Shown: positions 51,487 through 62,727 of the stretch, in pieces
How positions within the stretch are numbered: position 1 is the stretch's first letter
Layout of the letters: every line of letters begins with the position of its first letter
Origin: Paraspadella gotoi
Lineage: Eukaryota > Animalia > Chaetognatha
DNA length: 64,000 bases
Reading direction: 5' to 3'
Assembly (NCBI GenBank): GCA_051294375.1
Contig: CM119264.1
Span: 6,223,073-6,287,072 of the forward strand
Notes under the pieces: generated by a model
Databases searched by the model: none
Told to the model about the DNA's origin: nothing
The model's input: the letters and a program-made list of their open reading frames with translations, nothing else
Program-made: the position numbers and the translations under genes

Positions 51487-52647
51487 CATCCATATATCTT
51501 ACCTTTGCTTATGGAAGTCTGAATAAATATAGGTTAAACAGTACTATTTAACAACTTAATCCGAAGAGACTGCCGCCCACCCTCCTTCCTACTTCTCTGC
51601 TTCTCTGCTTCAACCCCCCCCCTTCCCTCGTCCCTCTCCCTGCCGCCCCCCCCGTCAGCCTCTACGATTCCGCCTTCGCCGAGCGCCACATGGGATTCCC
51701 CGTCGCCTGAAGATAATTTGATCAACTACAAAAACGCGAACCTGTCGGCCAGAGTGAGGCAGGGATTTTGGACCAATAAGAAAATCCGACAAGGTAAGAC
51801 GGACGGACGAGATCATAAGGAATGAGGGGAGTTCGGAAATAGTATAGCATATATGCTATTTCATATATATTTTGTATTTTAGGCCGATTACGGATTTATT
51901 GTTTATGTGTCATGTATTATTGTATATTTTATAAGCCTGTATTTTCTCAATATTTAGTATTATTTACCGCTTTTTTGTTGTTACTCATCGTTCAATTCTT
52001 AAAAATATTTCTTGTCGTGACGTCTTTTGTTTATTTTCTCAGGTTTTCTCGACGACCTCTACGAGGACGACGACGAAGAGACTTCCACGTCGGAGGAGCT
52101 CAAGTTCCTCCTCGTCCACGGAACCGCGGATGACCTCGTCCATATGAAGCACACTGCCGAACTCTCTAGAGCCCTGACCGAGCAGGTCCGTTGTCCGTGC
52201 GGATGGGAGGCGGAAAGGCTTTCGGAGGGCTGCAAGTTGGAGGGTTTACAACGTCTGTTATTGATGAAGTCGAATCGATTAATAATTTCAAAAAAAATCA
52301 TTTGTTTTCGAAACAAAATTTTTAGTATAATAATAATAATTGTTTTCTCTTTTTTTTTTTACTAAACAAATAATATATTAATTTCTTAAATAATATCGCC
52401 ACTGTTCTCGCGACCGTCGCGGTTTTTCCCAACATCTCGCGACTCCAATTATTCACAGGGCGTCGATTTTCGCGCGATGATATACACCGACAAACGGCAC
52501 CTGCTCCGCGCCGACGACGACACCCGGCGGCACCTGTTCCAAACGATGACGTCGCACCTGAGCGAGTGTTTTCACGGATTCGATCATCACAAAAAACTCG
52601 GAATCATCATCGAGTACAACGAAGAATTGGCCAATCAAGGGGGATGA
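13782..52647 (+). CDS. DPP10: DPP6/DPP10-like inactive dipeptidyl peptidase (S9B, type II membrane protein, Kv4 auxiliary-subunit family); first exon and two internal segments not recoverable
   Basis: Phase-compatible GT-AG exons: 13782-13896 (ELMGTQQDSRNWKGIVLALLVILLVV...LLTP, DPP6/10 TM motif), 16028-16095, 17133-17258, 17525-17605, 17729-17781 (VFRHS), [damaged ~28188-28488], 31005-31180 (EEIL...WWSPD...RYPK), 31835-31931 (AGTTNP), 32001-32122 (WTNRAQN), 32766-32810, 33182-33292, 47804-47982 (LTQGKWEV...PRERHLY), 48606-48787, 49586-49701, 50154-50242, 50315-50472 (DARGSG), [gap 50647-51196], 51659-51793 (LYDSAFAERHMG, one extra C), 52043-52185 (LLVHGTADD), 52459-52647 (YTDKRH...TGA). The symbol is family-level; DPP6 and DPP10 cannot be told apart here. 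Confidence 0.9.
16329..16372 (-). ncRNA. Degenerate inverted copy of the hammerhead motif
   Basis: Reverse complement reads tg CTGAaTaGA..GCTTTG..CAAGC GAAACATGTC ca, with indels in the core. Confidence 0.5.
16801..16842 (+). ncRNA. Minimal type I hammerhead ribozyme motif
   Basis: CTGATGA(a) GGCTTG-loop-CAAGCC GAAAC AT GTC. Cleavage predicted after C16839. AATAAA follows about 10 nt later. Confidence 0.75.
17901..20006. repeat. Satellite array, 31-bp unit TTTTCATCTTCGTCAACTCCATCTCAATCTC
   Basis: Roughly 65 tandem indel-rich copies; explains the long spurious ORFs in all three + frames. Confidence 0.95.
20007..20760. repeat. GC-rich satellite, ~31-35 bp unit (CGCCAGCGCAAGCGCGGGTCAGCGGCGGCAA-like)
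   Basis: Recurrent GCCAGCGCAAGCGCG and CAGCGGC blocks. Confidence 0.8.
23880..24300 (-). pseudogene. EamA/DMT (SLC35G-like) transporter C-terminal fragment with a frameshift
   Basis: ...HWSVFYLNNTAALLVSAAATTLA / FVGVFDLLAHSCLFAAVQHIGSEVVAVFATLEIPVSYLLGFVFLGQLPEALGITGSALIFG resembles the last EamA helices. 5' end abuts an inverted DPP exon copy. Confidence 0.65.
24302..27320 (-). repeat. Inverted, indel-rich copy of DPP region 29459-32104
   Basis: Reverse complement matches the exons at 31005, 31835 and 32001 and their introns; extends into an NAIP/DW-like exon at ~27200-27320. Confidence 0.9.
28773..28971 (+). mobile_element. Solo-LTR-like element with GAAG target duplication
   Basis: GAAG|TGTGGCGG...GTTGCCAAA|GAAG. 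Empty site TTAGGAAGTTTC is visible near 29775. Confidence 0.75.
29279..29420 (+). mobile_element. Short Penelope-like pLTR insertion
   Basis: Hammerhead plus AATAAA, bracketed by inverted TTGGAAGACGTTTTAATGT/ACATTAAAACGTCTTCCAA. Absent from the homologous site near 30130. Confidence 0.55.
29312..29353 (+). ncRNA. Minimal type I hammerhead ribozyme motif (GUA site)
   Basis: AACG CTGATGA(a) GGCT-agtatgta-AGTC GAAAC AT GTA CGTT. Stem I AACG/CGTT; AATAAA downstream. Confidence 0.75.
31325..31562 (-). mobile_element. Related solo-LTR-like subfamily copy, mirrored at ~24870-25117
   Basis: TGTGGCAG...GGTCACTGAGGGTCCGCAGCCCC...ATCACAGGCA...GTTGCCATA; flanks ATTT/ATGT (one mismatch). Confidence 0.55.
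34250..34853. mobile_element. Non-autonomous TIR element (MITE), superfamily unclear
   Basis: ACTAAGGCGTAGTGAAA ... TTTTACTACGCCTTAGT termini, plus an internal inverted pair at 34358-34388 and 34701-34730. TSD ambiguous. Confidence 0.7.
35523..35765 (+). mobile_element. Solo-LTR-like element with ATAC target duplication
   Basis: ATAC|TGTGCGG...GTTGCCATA|ATAC; same family as 28773. Confidence 0.75.
35850..36850 (-). pseudogene. Intronless Kelch-repeat gene (KLHDC1/KLHDC2-like) with many indels, antisense inside a DPP intron
   Basis: Frame-stitched pieces: WGG...WQRIKAKGDVPP...YLFGG...GEVPTERFGHGGWSY.GKLFF.GG...TNGRSPSPRA...VYIHGG...NDFHVLNMKSQSW...LVGG...IGG. Repeated GG/W kelch signatures. 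Indels could be read errors. Confidence 0.75.
37115..37709 (+). mobile_element. Two diverged copies of the same family (37115-37345 and ~37510-37709)
   Basis: Shared CATTGGCTCAGAGGGG and GGTAACCGCGCCAGTG blocks in the first copy; CTGAAGGTCGGAAGCCCC...GTTGCCATA in the second. Confidence 0.6.
37937..38809 (-). CDS. Putative 873-bp phase 0-0 exon encoding ~30-aa Pro/Gln/Leu-rich tandem repeats
   Basis: tttacag acceptor and CAG|gttcta donor. Unit like LLSPPTQPEPLLQPLLQPLEPHQSPPST. This frame is stop-free; the + strand E/A/V frame has TAG stops at ~38440 and ~38773. Confidence 0.5.
38847..42290 (-). repeat. Inverted copy of 42779-48476, lacking the 2.4-kb insertion
   Basis: Includes a frameshifted copy (~39375-39553) of the intact DPP exon 47804-47982. 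Confidence 0.9.
41954..42753 (+). CDS. Frameshifted coding-like segment of an unknown protein; partial inverted copy at 42779-42940
   Basis: Polypyrimidine-tag acceptor at 41953, higher GC than flanks. Stitched peptide ...FHCLFSLKRTNSNWEEGRLWKSWCEENYDDVITN...DIIKDKYIPIFEKGDVTFF...VVIDDDDDSSDNEF. Confidence 0.35.
44867..47303. mobile_element. 2.4-kb AT-rich insertion flanked by TTTAAA duplication
   Basis: Present in the right arm of the inverted duplication, absent at the matching site near 40040. No clear TIRs or ORF. Confidence 0.6.
51390..51490. repeat. (TATC)n microsatellite
   Basis: Direct reading. Confidence 0.95.
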
Positions 52648-55600
52648 GAGCGTGAAGCTGTGAGAGCTGTGACTGCGAAGACTTTGAGTTTGGGGGAAGG
52701 ATTACTGTGAAGATTCGGCGTGAGGAAAAGGGAACGAGTGATTCTAACTCCAAGGAAGGTTGACATTTGAGGTTTTAACTGTTCGGGGAGTGACAGTGAA
52801 TAGCGGTGAGAGATGAGTAATTGAGTATTGAGTAATCGCAGAACTGAGCAGGGACAATGGAGACTGACTTTGAGGTAAAGATGAAAACGGCAAATACTAA
52901 CACTGAGCGGGTATGCCTGGACAATCAGGGTGGTTGAATGACACTGATGTTGTTTTGTTTTGTTTTTCTCTCGTGGGCATTAATAAAGTCGGTAGCAAAT
53001 TCGGGACGTTGTAGTTATTCCACTTTTTCTGTTTTGAAAATACTGCGCTTGCGCAATTAGTGTCGCTTATTTCTTCTTTGTTGTAATCCATGTTTCGTTT
53101 CTTATTCATCCCACGTGTTACAAATCGAAAACAAAAGAACATTTTCCGACATCTCCTCAATTTACCCCATAATTTCCTTGTTTATGGTGCTTCCGACCAC
53201 CTCATACTTTTTAGTCAAATTTGTAGGATCAATGGTGTCTTTTTAATGTCGAATATCTACGTACATTTCCATGAAATGATTAGCGAAGATTCGTGTGCCT
53301 GTTTCGCGTTGTTCTTACAACCTCGACTAGCCTTTTGTTTCGAAATGAAAAAAAAAAAAGATTAATCACTAAAGAAAAAAAAATATTAACTAAACCAACA
53401 AACAAAAAACAAACAAACAAAAACTTTATGCGTACCAAAAAAAAAATTAAATTCACCGGTTTACTCGCGCAACTGAAAATATAATCACTTTCTTTCGATC
53501 AATAATTAATTAATTTAAATAACAAAAGTTTTAACTGATTCTTTCAAAATATTTAACAATGGCGACACATATTTTTTTTAAGTAGAAAACCGAATTATTG
53601 TAAAAGATATTTAAAAAAATACGCACCGATAAATTGAAAGGTTTTTTTTAGCACAGAAAAGCAAAAAGAGATAATTAAAAAAAAATTAAATCGAGAAAAC
53701 TATTTGTAAATATAGCATATTTTTCAAAACTTCTACGAATTTAATCTTCATACGCTTCGATTTACCTTTTGTTTTCTTAGCCACTCGCGCTCTCGATTCA
53801 CTTGCCACATTGTTTTCGTTGTCATTTGTTACAATCGTTGATACTCTTATCGAAACCATGTAATTCCTATAAAGTAAATAAAAATATTCTTTACCCATTC
53901 GTAAACACTAGATTTGAACCAGCTAGAGAGAGGCTTGACAATAAAATTAGTATAATTAGTAAGGCCGATACACTCTACACTCATACAGTCCAAAAGTACC
54001 ACAGTGTAATGATGTAATATTATATAATATTATACTACTCCTTGGATACGACAATTCCTTCACTCCTCGCCGTATTAGCTTCATCTCCGAAACCACTGGT
54101 CACGCGTTCAAGCCCTGGTCGAAACAGTCTTTGCAAAAAGAGTGACGGGCCGGTGAAGCCACCGGTAGCAAGCCAACCGCCGTATACGAAGTTACAGAAA
54201 CCAATGCAACTGACAGAAAAACCTCCCAGACCCACTGGGCACACTATTCACACTCACAGAGAGACATGGCGACCCTCTCTCCTCTCGGACACTTCAACAG
54301 TTAGGAATAGTTATGAACAAAATATTAGAACTTTACGGCTACATAGTACATAATATACTACATATATATTAGACAAGCATTATTAAGTAGAAAAATTAGA
54401 AACAAACATTTCTTAGTTTAGCCAGTTTACGGATGCAAGCAATCATTTTCTCAGCAGAAGAATTTTTAGTTGCCCATAACATAGAATCATTTTTTTTACA
54501 TACCGAAAAGTCAGATTAATTGTTATGAATTAAATAATAGACCGTTCTGAAAACATCTGTCCCTGAGCTTCAGGTCAGGCTGTCCCAAAGCGAGGCAGCC
54601 ACCGGTTGGAACGCGACGCCTTTTGCTATCGACTCAACATAGAAAAAAAAGCGATCCCGATCTTCTAGTATTCCTATTTGAAGCTATAAAATTAACTATG
54701 ATTCCGGAACATGCATGCTTTATTAATGAACGATTTCTATAAAAATACACCGAATGTACAATAATTCAAATGATGGCGAGAAGAGCTTCTGGAAAAGATA
54801 ATAGTCCAAATATATAAAGCGACTGAACCGAAATAAATTACTATACATTTAAAGGTCGAGAGTAAAAATATTTCGGCCAGAGCTTGTTTGCAGAGCTTGG
54901 TTAACTATAATGACTTTTTATGGTATTCAATGACATAAATATGACTCGACCGTATAACTATTTTAGACAGAAAATAGTTAATAGTTTAAAATTTAAAAAA
55001 AAGTAACGTATTCTCCCTGTTTTATATCACGGTCAATTTTGTGTTATTCTCCCGATTTGGACTCCGACTTCTCCGTTGTTTCTTAAATCTTAATTAAATG
55101 AACTTATCATGTCATCAAAGAGTGTGAGCTTATTTTTCTTTTAAAAATAATTTTCAAGATAAAATGAAAAAGAACAACATATTTTAGGAGCTCCATGACA
55201 TTTGCTCTAATTTAGATTATACTGAATTAATTACTCTTATTTTTAGAGAATGCTTCTGAGAAATTAGTTTTTTGGTCCAGATTTTTAACATTTTTTTTGA
55301 TAGCTTTTGATGGACATGATTGAAAAAAAAGTAGAATACATGAATTAATTGACAAAAACTTATTTTGAAACAAAATTAACTAAACATTTTCTTAAAACAA
55401 GCTGAAAAAGTCGAAGCAAACCATTCTTCATTGCCAAAAAACTTTTTATTTACAAGATGAAAATAATTATTAACCTAAATATTTTTCAAATATTGAATAT
55501 AATTTAAGAATATTATACCGTATTAAGTAATCTAAATATAAAGTCAGTATAAAAAATACGGCTATGAGGAAATAACTTTTAATATTCTAAACATTTATGT

Positions 55601-56666
55601 CAACCAGTTCCTCTTCAAAAATGAAATGTTTTTCAACAATTTATCACGAATGAATAGATGTGTCAGATAAAAATTTTGAACGCAAGATGTCAGATATCTA
55701 ACGCCATAATTTAACACGCAATATGAAAAATTGCTTAATTGAAATTTTGTTAATAAAACAGAAATTTAGTTTTTAAATCAGAACAATGTTACGAACAGAA
55801 AAAAATGTCGAAAATTTCATTTCTTTACCAAAAATAAAGCGAAAAATTTTGTTTTTAAATTCTTTTTTAGAAGCTGTTGAGGCGAAAGACCATATATTCA
55901 AAACATGACTAATTTAAGAATTCAAAAATCTACACAACTGGGAAATCAGAGAAAAGAAAAGGTGGCTCAATATTAAATTACATTTCGCCCTTTTCAAACG
56001 TCAAATGTAAGGAAGTATTTTTATCGAAATGGAGTGTAATTGGATCGAGGTAGAGGGGGGGATAACTTATCGGATCGCAGAGAACGGGGTAAGACATTGG
56101 GACGTCGGGAACGGGGCATGAGTGGGGGTGATGGAGATGGTGATCTGGGATAAGAGTTGGGTGGGACGGAAAAGGTGGGGAACTTAAGAATGGAAAGGGA
56201 ATAAAGAGATTTTAAAAGTTTAAATAAGTCGAATGTAAAGGCGATTTTGTTTGAAGAAAATGAGTCTCGGTGCGAGGAGGGGAAGTTGGATAGAAGGGCG
56301 GGGCCCGGAGATGCCGTTCGAAGGGTGGGGCAAGGAAGGGGTGGGGGCGACAGATCTCACGAGATCAATGGCCACTGGTCGCTCGCGTTTACTAGAGAAG
56401 GCCCTTGACGTAGTGGCGTGGTTTTAAGTTCGTCATGAGTTTCATGTCTGAACCACAACCTGTCATTAAGGGTTCGTCATGGGGCCATTGCTTCCACAAT
56501 CTGGCGGATTCGCTGCGATCTCACTGTCTAGAAGTATCCAGAACGTTCTCGCTCTTCTGCGTTCTCGCGTACTTTCATGCCCTAAGCCCCGTTCCCCGGT
56601 AATAGTTCCATGTCCAGAGCCCGGTTCTCCGCTCATAGTTCAATGTCGCGAGCCCCGGTTCCCCGC

Positions 56667-57913
56667 TCATAGTTCCATATCTTGTGCCTCGTCTTCGCTG
56701 AAATCGCTCATGGAGGATTCCGAATCAGAGTCTCCGCCTTCCTGTTCCTTGAGCGCTTCCTCCGTCGCGTACCTCTTGACGAGCTCCTTCACTTTCTTTT
56801 TATACTCGTCGGGTTTGTGAAGGTAAAGGGCGGCTGCGTCTCCGTTTAACGGATCTAGCGGGTTTAACGAAGAAAGATTCGATTTAACGAACTTTAATTA
56901 TTTAAAATAAAAGGGGCAGGGAATTTATGCCACGTATCTGCTTTTGTAAAGAACGTTTATATGTACTCGAATACAAAGCACCCTGCAGCATATAGCATGC
57001 TGTAGATTTCGTACATAGTGGAAGCTAGAGGTAGATTAGTTTTCATAAATGTAGATTTAATCATTAAGTAAAATAAAAACACTTTTTTCAAATCTGGACA
57101 TAGATTACCCGTTGGGTTTGGATACGTAAGCAGTTGCGGCAAGAATGTTTCGAATATGTTGGTCAGATCATAGAGTGCCGTCCACGTTTGATTGATAACG
57201 TCTGAATAAATATCATTTTTTTTTCACGGCCTTTTACTGCCGAATTTATTCCTAAAATTTGTACACAGCCCTTACCGAGACAGACTGTTCCTGAGGCTTC
57301 GTCGATATTTGGATGATAGATTTTGTTCATGAACCCGATACAGGGCGACTTGAAAGGATATCGCTCTGGAAGGTCGACGCGGACCTTCCACACCCCGCCT
57401 TCGTAGGGCGTCGTCGCCGGACCGTAGAACTTTACCACGAATTCGTTTAAACCCCCTGTGTATTGGAATAGATGCGACAATCAATTTTACGCCAAGTTAT
57501 ATGAATTTTTACGATTTATGCATGCAAGTAGTAAAAAATATTATAGGCTAAACTATCATTTTGTTATTCTCTTTAAGTAAAACTCCACTTAAACATTAAA
57601 CTCATTTATTTGCTGATATTATTAAGACCAGTTCTTTTGAGTTATTGATAAAACTAAATGATTTTATAGAACTACTCGGAGTACTAATCGCGAACCTCTT
57701 ATACAACTCTTACACAACATTCGGCTGTTGGAAAATTCCAGACATAATAGCTGCTTAATAGTGATTCATCGCTCAATCTGCCAGTTGTTCGGACTGTCAG
57801 TAAATTTCTCTGTCTAGTAAAACTTCACCCAAAATAGTGACTTCGTGTTTGCTTTCGATGAGTTTGACGACGTCCGTGTCCATTCGTCGTTTCCCTGGCG
57901 ACGGCGACGACAT
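56667..57913 (-). CDS. UBE2H: Ubiquitin-conjugating enzyme E2 H, complete, 181 aa
   Basis: Exons 57913-57829 ([29 protein letters not shown]), 57455-57276 ([12 protein letters not shown]...[13 protein letters not shown]), 57201-57109 ([13 protein letters not shown]...YPNP), 56854-56667 (DPLNGDAAA...[11 protein letters not shown]). All GT-AG and in phase. Confidence 0.97.
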
Positions 57914-60174
57914 TTTCCTAAACAATTCACGTAATAAGAAACTCTGGTAGGATGATACGTAATACTAAAATGGCCATTAAACAAGGCCAACTTAAATAAT
58001 GTTGAATATTAAATCTGTGATCACCGATAAGACTCGCCGATGAATCGTGAAAGAAAAAAAGTTTCACTGAAGATTCAGGCCGACTCGTGTAAAGTTCACA
58101 CAGATTACGTATTAGTTATCGACTGTACGATCGTTAAAAAAATTCTGATCCTTCAAACACAAATATTGACAAAGATCCAATCGAAATAAAAGCGGTTTTG
58201 TAAATCGGAATTGATTGAAGACGATCAAACCTGAGGAGGATGGTTTATCAAATCCGTTTCAAAAAGTTCGTTTTTTTTTTCAATTCTCTCCCTCTCACTC
58301 CGTCTCTCTCTTTTCCCAGGACTCGTTAAAAAAAAAGATCTACATGCAGAGCGAAAGAGCGAAGACTGTATGTGGGTTCGTGTGGATCTTTTTCCCCTCT
58401 AACATTCTGCACATGTCGATGTAGTCAATTGGCTGCAGAATCGAGAAACACGATGCATTAGGTTAAATGGAAAAACGAGCGTCTCGCTATTAAAGAGCAG
58501 AAAAAGTAACGAAATGCGTAGATAATGTCCCAAGTATTATTATCAAGTTCGTTGGAGCGATTGCGAGATCGAGAAGGGGCTTTGTGTAAAAACTCGGTGG
58601 CTCCTCTCTCTCTCCGTCTCTCTCTCTCTCTCTCGTTCTTTTTTTTACGTCTTTGATTCGTGCCCAGGCCAGTTGGGGAAGAGCTGCGAGCATCAAGACC
58701 GAGCAGGGGTCGCGTTTCATCGATGAAACGTTATTTTTTAATTTTTTTCGATAAAAAGTTTAATAATGAATATAATATAATTTTTTTTATTTGGTAGAAT
58801 TATTAAAAAAAAAATTAAATACAATCCTTAACCCCCAATTCTAACCTTAATATAATCCTAAACCCTAATACTTAATTTTTAACCCTTACCTCTAACCATA
58901 AATATTAATCCTTTACTTAAATACTTAACCCTAATCACAAACCAGGTTATCAACCGTAATAATTAACCTAATCCTTAACATAATCTTTAACCCTCACTTT
59001 TAACTTAATCTTAAATTTATTAATTCTAAATTTCAATTAAAATGGGGCGTTTTTAAAAAATAAGGCCTACTTTATAATAATTTGATTTTTAATTATTTTT
59101 TTAATCTTTAAACTGCCAAGCCCCTTGCACATACGCAACCTCTGGCAGCATGTTCTGAATCAGCTGGCTGATTTGTGTTTTCTCTTTATCTTTCTCTCTC
59201 CCTCCTGCCTTTTTTTCTCACTTTTTCCTATGTATGATAAAGGGCATATGGTTGATGTATGAATTGATTTGGAAATTGATGTGTGTGTGAAATGTGAGTT
59301 GAAGTGGGTAAAATTGGTTATATACAAAACCTTAAACTTTATTTCAAGTTTCGTGATCAATAATGAAAGCTGTCTCTACCTTTTTCTGAATTATCAAATA
59401 ATCGGACTAAGAAATTAAAGATAAAAAATGTCCTGCTTTGTTTAATACTTAATCCTAATTAAAATCTTAATTTTAATAGTGAAAACAAAAAAGTATTTTG
59501 TGAGTCTAAAAAAATCATAACAGTCTGCCAATGAAATTATAAAGTTCGATTGAAATATCAATCATCAAGGCATGTTATAACCTATGGAAGTTCTTATGAA
59601 TGAATCTTATGATTTACCTTTTGAATAGATCAAGTGAGGATGACAAAAAGCCAAAGGAGAACGAAGTTTAATTGATCCAGGTCGATGTTCTGGATGTATA
59701 TTTCATTGCTATTTTTTCTCAGATACATTTTGACCGAACCGCCCTCTGAGGTGAAAAGCTCGAATTAAATAGAAACGCAATCTTGAATGGTTTAAATATA
59801 ATTTTTAAACTTATTTCGAAAGACTTCGTTGTTGTTTTAATTATTACTATGAAATTGGTACAACCAATATAAAAATTATTCATGTGTTATATATATAACT
59901 ATATTAAATATTGCATATCTCTCATTCCACAAAAAGTTCTATTTGTAAACTTCTTTTGGAATGAATTCAACCTAAAGTACACATTAAACAAAAGACCAAT
60001 GTCGATTTTAAATGTATGTATGTATTTATTATTCAAGCCAATGAACTTATTTAAGCAAAGTTAAAAAAAAAATTAGATAAATAAAAGGAATAAAAATAAT
60101 AATTCCTGCAATACTACCTCCTATTGTCTCTTACTGCCGTTTATTTTCAAAAATTATATAATTCGTCATAGTAA

Positions 60175-60326
60175 TCATCATCAATTCATCACCATCATCA
60201 TCATCATCATCATCATCTTCTTTTTCTTCTTCTTCTTCTTCTTCTTCTTCTTCTTCTTCTTCAATACGATCATCATCATCTTCATCATCATCATTATCTT
60301 CATCATCATCATCATCATCATCCATC

Positions 60327-60368
<42 letters not shown>

Positions 60369-60393
60369 TTCATCTTCATCGTCATCATCATCA
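60175..60393. repeat. Compound (CAT)n/(CTT)n microsatellite
   Basis: Direct reading. Confidence 0.95.
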
Positions 60394-60865
60394 TTTTTTG
60401 CTACGACAACATCATCTTCCCCAGCGACCCCATCAAGCTCATCACTCACTTCATCAGGTTACAGGTCTCTCTGTTCATTTCGTTAGCTTTGTCGACGATT
60501 CTTTTTAAACTTTTACAAGAGCAAAAATATCTTAACTTATAATTAATTTTTTTTTGCAATTATTCACGCCTATCAACTTTCTTATCCACTTCAATCTTCC
60601 CCTACATTTGGCGATCGACGACATACCTATTCATTGCATTTCGAAAAAAGATCGATCTCATCCCTAATTCATCGCCTTTGATCGCGACTTTGCTGAGTCC
60701 CGATTTCAATTCTTTTTCGTCGGCCCAGCGACTTTTTTTTTCTTCTCCTGCTCGGCGCAGCAACAGGTAAAATTGTTTGTTTGTTTCATCGTGGCTTATT
60801 ATTATAATTAAGCTACATGGTAGTATGTAATTCGAGTTTTTACTCCGATTTTGAGCCGGAAAAAA

Positions 60866-62662
60866 ATGGGGACTCTTTCGCCACGAGACCCAGACTACAT
60901 TTATTTGGCGCCTTCGAAGGAAGTGGTCCTTGCTGACAGGGCGAAACCATACGACGTTAAGGTGAAAATGTGATTGATTTTCTGATTGATCGATCGTTTA
61001 AATGATTTGACATATCGTTGAATAGTTGCCTTTAATTGGCCGGTTGTTATTAATTAAAAGATACGAATGACAAATAATCCAAATTTTGATGAATTGTTTC
61101 AATTTATTTCTTTTTATTGATTGCAGGTCGATTGCTGGGTTCGAGACGCGGAAGAATGTTACATCAGCGGGAAAATTCAAAAAGTCGGAGATGATGAGAA
61201 ATACACGGTGCTGGACGTCAAAGGAAACGTGAGTCTGGAAACGCGGAAAGAAAGAAAGAAAGAGTGAAACAAAGAATGAAAGAAAGAAAGAAAGAGAGAA
61301 GTAAAATGAAAGAAAGAAAAAAGAAATAAAAGAAAGTCATGTAAATGTATTTAAAATTATTTTAATAATTTTTCAATTTTCATTTTTTTCAAATTCAGAC
61401 TCACGTTCTGCCCAAAGCCGAAGTTTTTGAGATGAATCCACCAAAGTTCGAAAAGGCTGAAGACATGTCGGGTGAGAGCTCACTAACTTTTGAATATAAA
61501 TAATTGAATATCATTATGATTATGGATATGAAAGAGTGCAAAACAAAATTAATTAAGCATCGAATAAGGAATTTTAATTAAAAGTAGAACATAAGCGAAA
61601 GTGAATGTGATTTAAGCATGGCGATGTCAAAAAATTTTTAATCTCCGCATGTGTATTATGTAAAATTGTACCAGCAAAAGCTCAAAACCATTTTTTGTCG
61701 TCGTCAGATCTTTCCTACCTCAACGACGCGGCTGTCCTGCACAATCTGCGCTCTCGCTACGGGGTCATGCTCATCTACACTTACTCAGGTAAGGCTTTTC
61801 ATTCTAAATACCAAACAACTCCCTACAATCTCGCGCCCGTCCTACTCTTCAGGCCTGTTCTGCATCTGCATCAACCCTTACAAGTGGCTCTCCATCTACT
61901 CGGACAAGATGAGGAACTACTACCGCGGCCCGAGGAGGAACGAGAGGCCGCCTCACCTTTATGCCATCGCTGACGGCGCGTTCCAACACATGGAGATGGG
62001 TGAGTTGAAGAGGGTGGGAAGTCTACTGACTAGGCAAGGTAAGGCAGGGCAAGGCAAGGCAGGGAAAGGCAAGGCAAGGCAAGTCAACGAAAGGAAAAGG
62101 AAAAAAAATCAAAAGAAAAGAAAAGAAAAGAAAAGAATGAAAAGAAAAGAAAGTAAGTGAAAGGAGAAATACTATTTCGAGTGGTTATTCTTAAATGTTC
62201 AAATATGTGACTGGTGTGACTCGAGAACTAAGTATTTCGCACGCTCATAGTATTTATTTTCAGAGGGGAAGAATCAGTCGATGCTAATCACCGGCGAATC
62301 CGGAGCCGGAAAAACCGAGAACACGAAGAAAGTCCTTCAGTACTACGCGCTCGAATTTGCCGACAAAAAAGCCGCCAAATCTAAGGCCGACATGGTGAGT
62401 TAATTGTCGGTCTCAAGAGTAAAGTTGTTGATCCAATAGAAAAAAAAATTAGGCCACTAGAGATTCTAATGTATAATCGTGACCACTTTCCTTCTTCGGT
62501 ACAGTCCGGCAAGGTGGGCTCTCTCGAGGATCAGATCGTACAGGCCAATCCCGTGCTGGAGGCCTACGGAAATGCCAAGACTGTCAGGAACAACAACTCC
62601 TCCAGATTCGTGAGTCAAAACTGGTTAAATATGTTTTTACTGATGTAGAGCCTTATACTAGA

Positions 62663-62727
<65 letters not shown>

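Noticed and set aside
51685-51712. Frameshift and TGA in a DPP exon as pseudogenisation
   Set aside because: One extra C in a homopolymer; removing it restores frame and splice phase, so probably a sequencing error.
54095-54125. B-box-like GTTCAAGCC suggesting a tRNA or SINE
   Set aside because: No cloverleaf, no A-box and no second copy in the window.
58820-59010. Degenerate TAACCC-like repeats as interstitial telomere
   Set aside because: Too degenerate; more likely the internal repeat of a decayed element.
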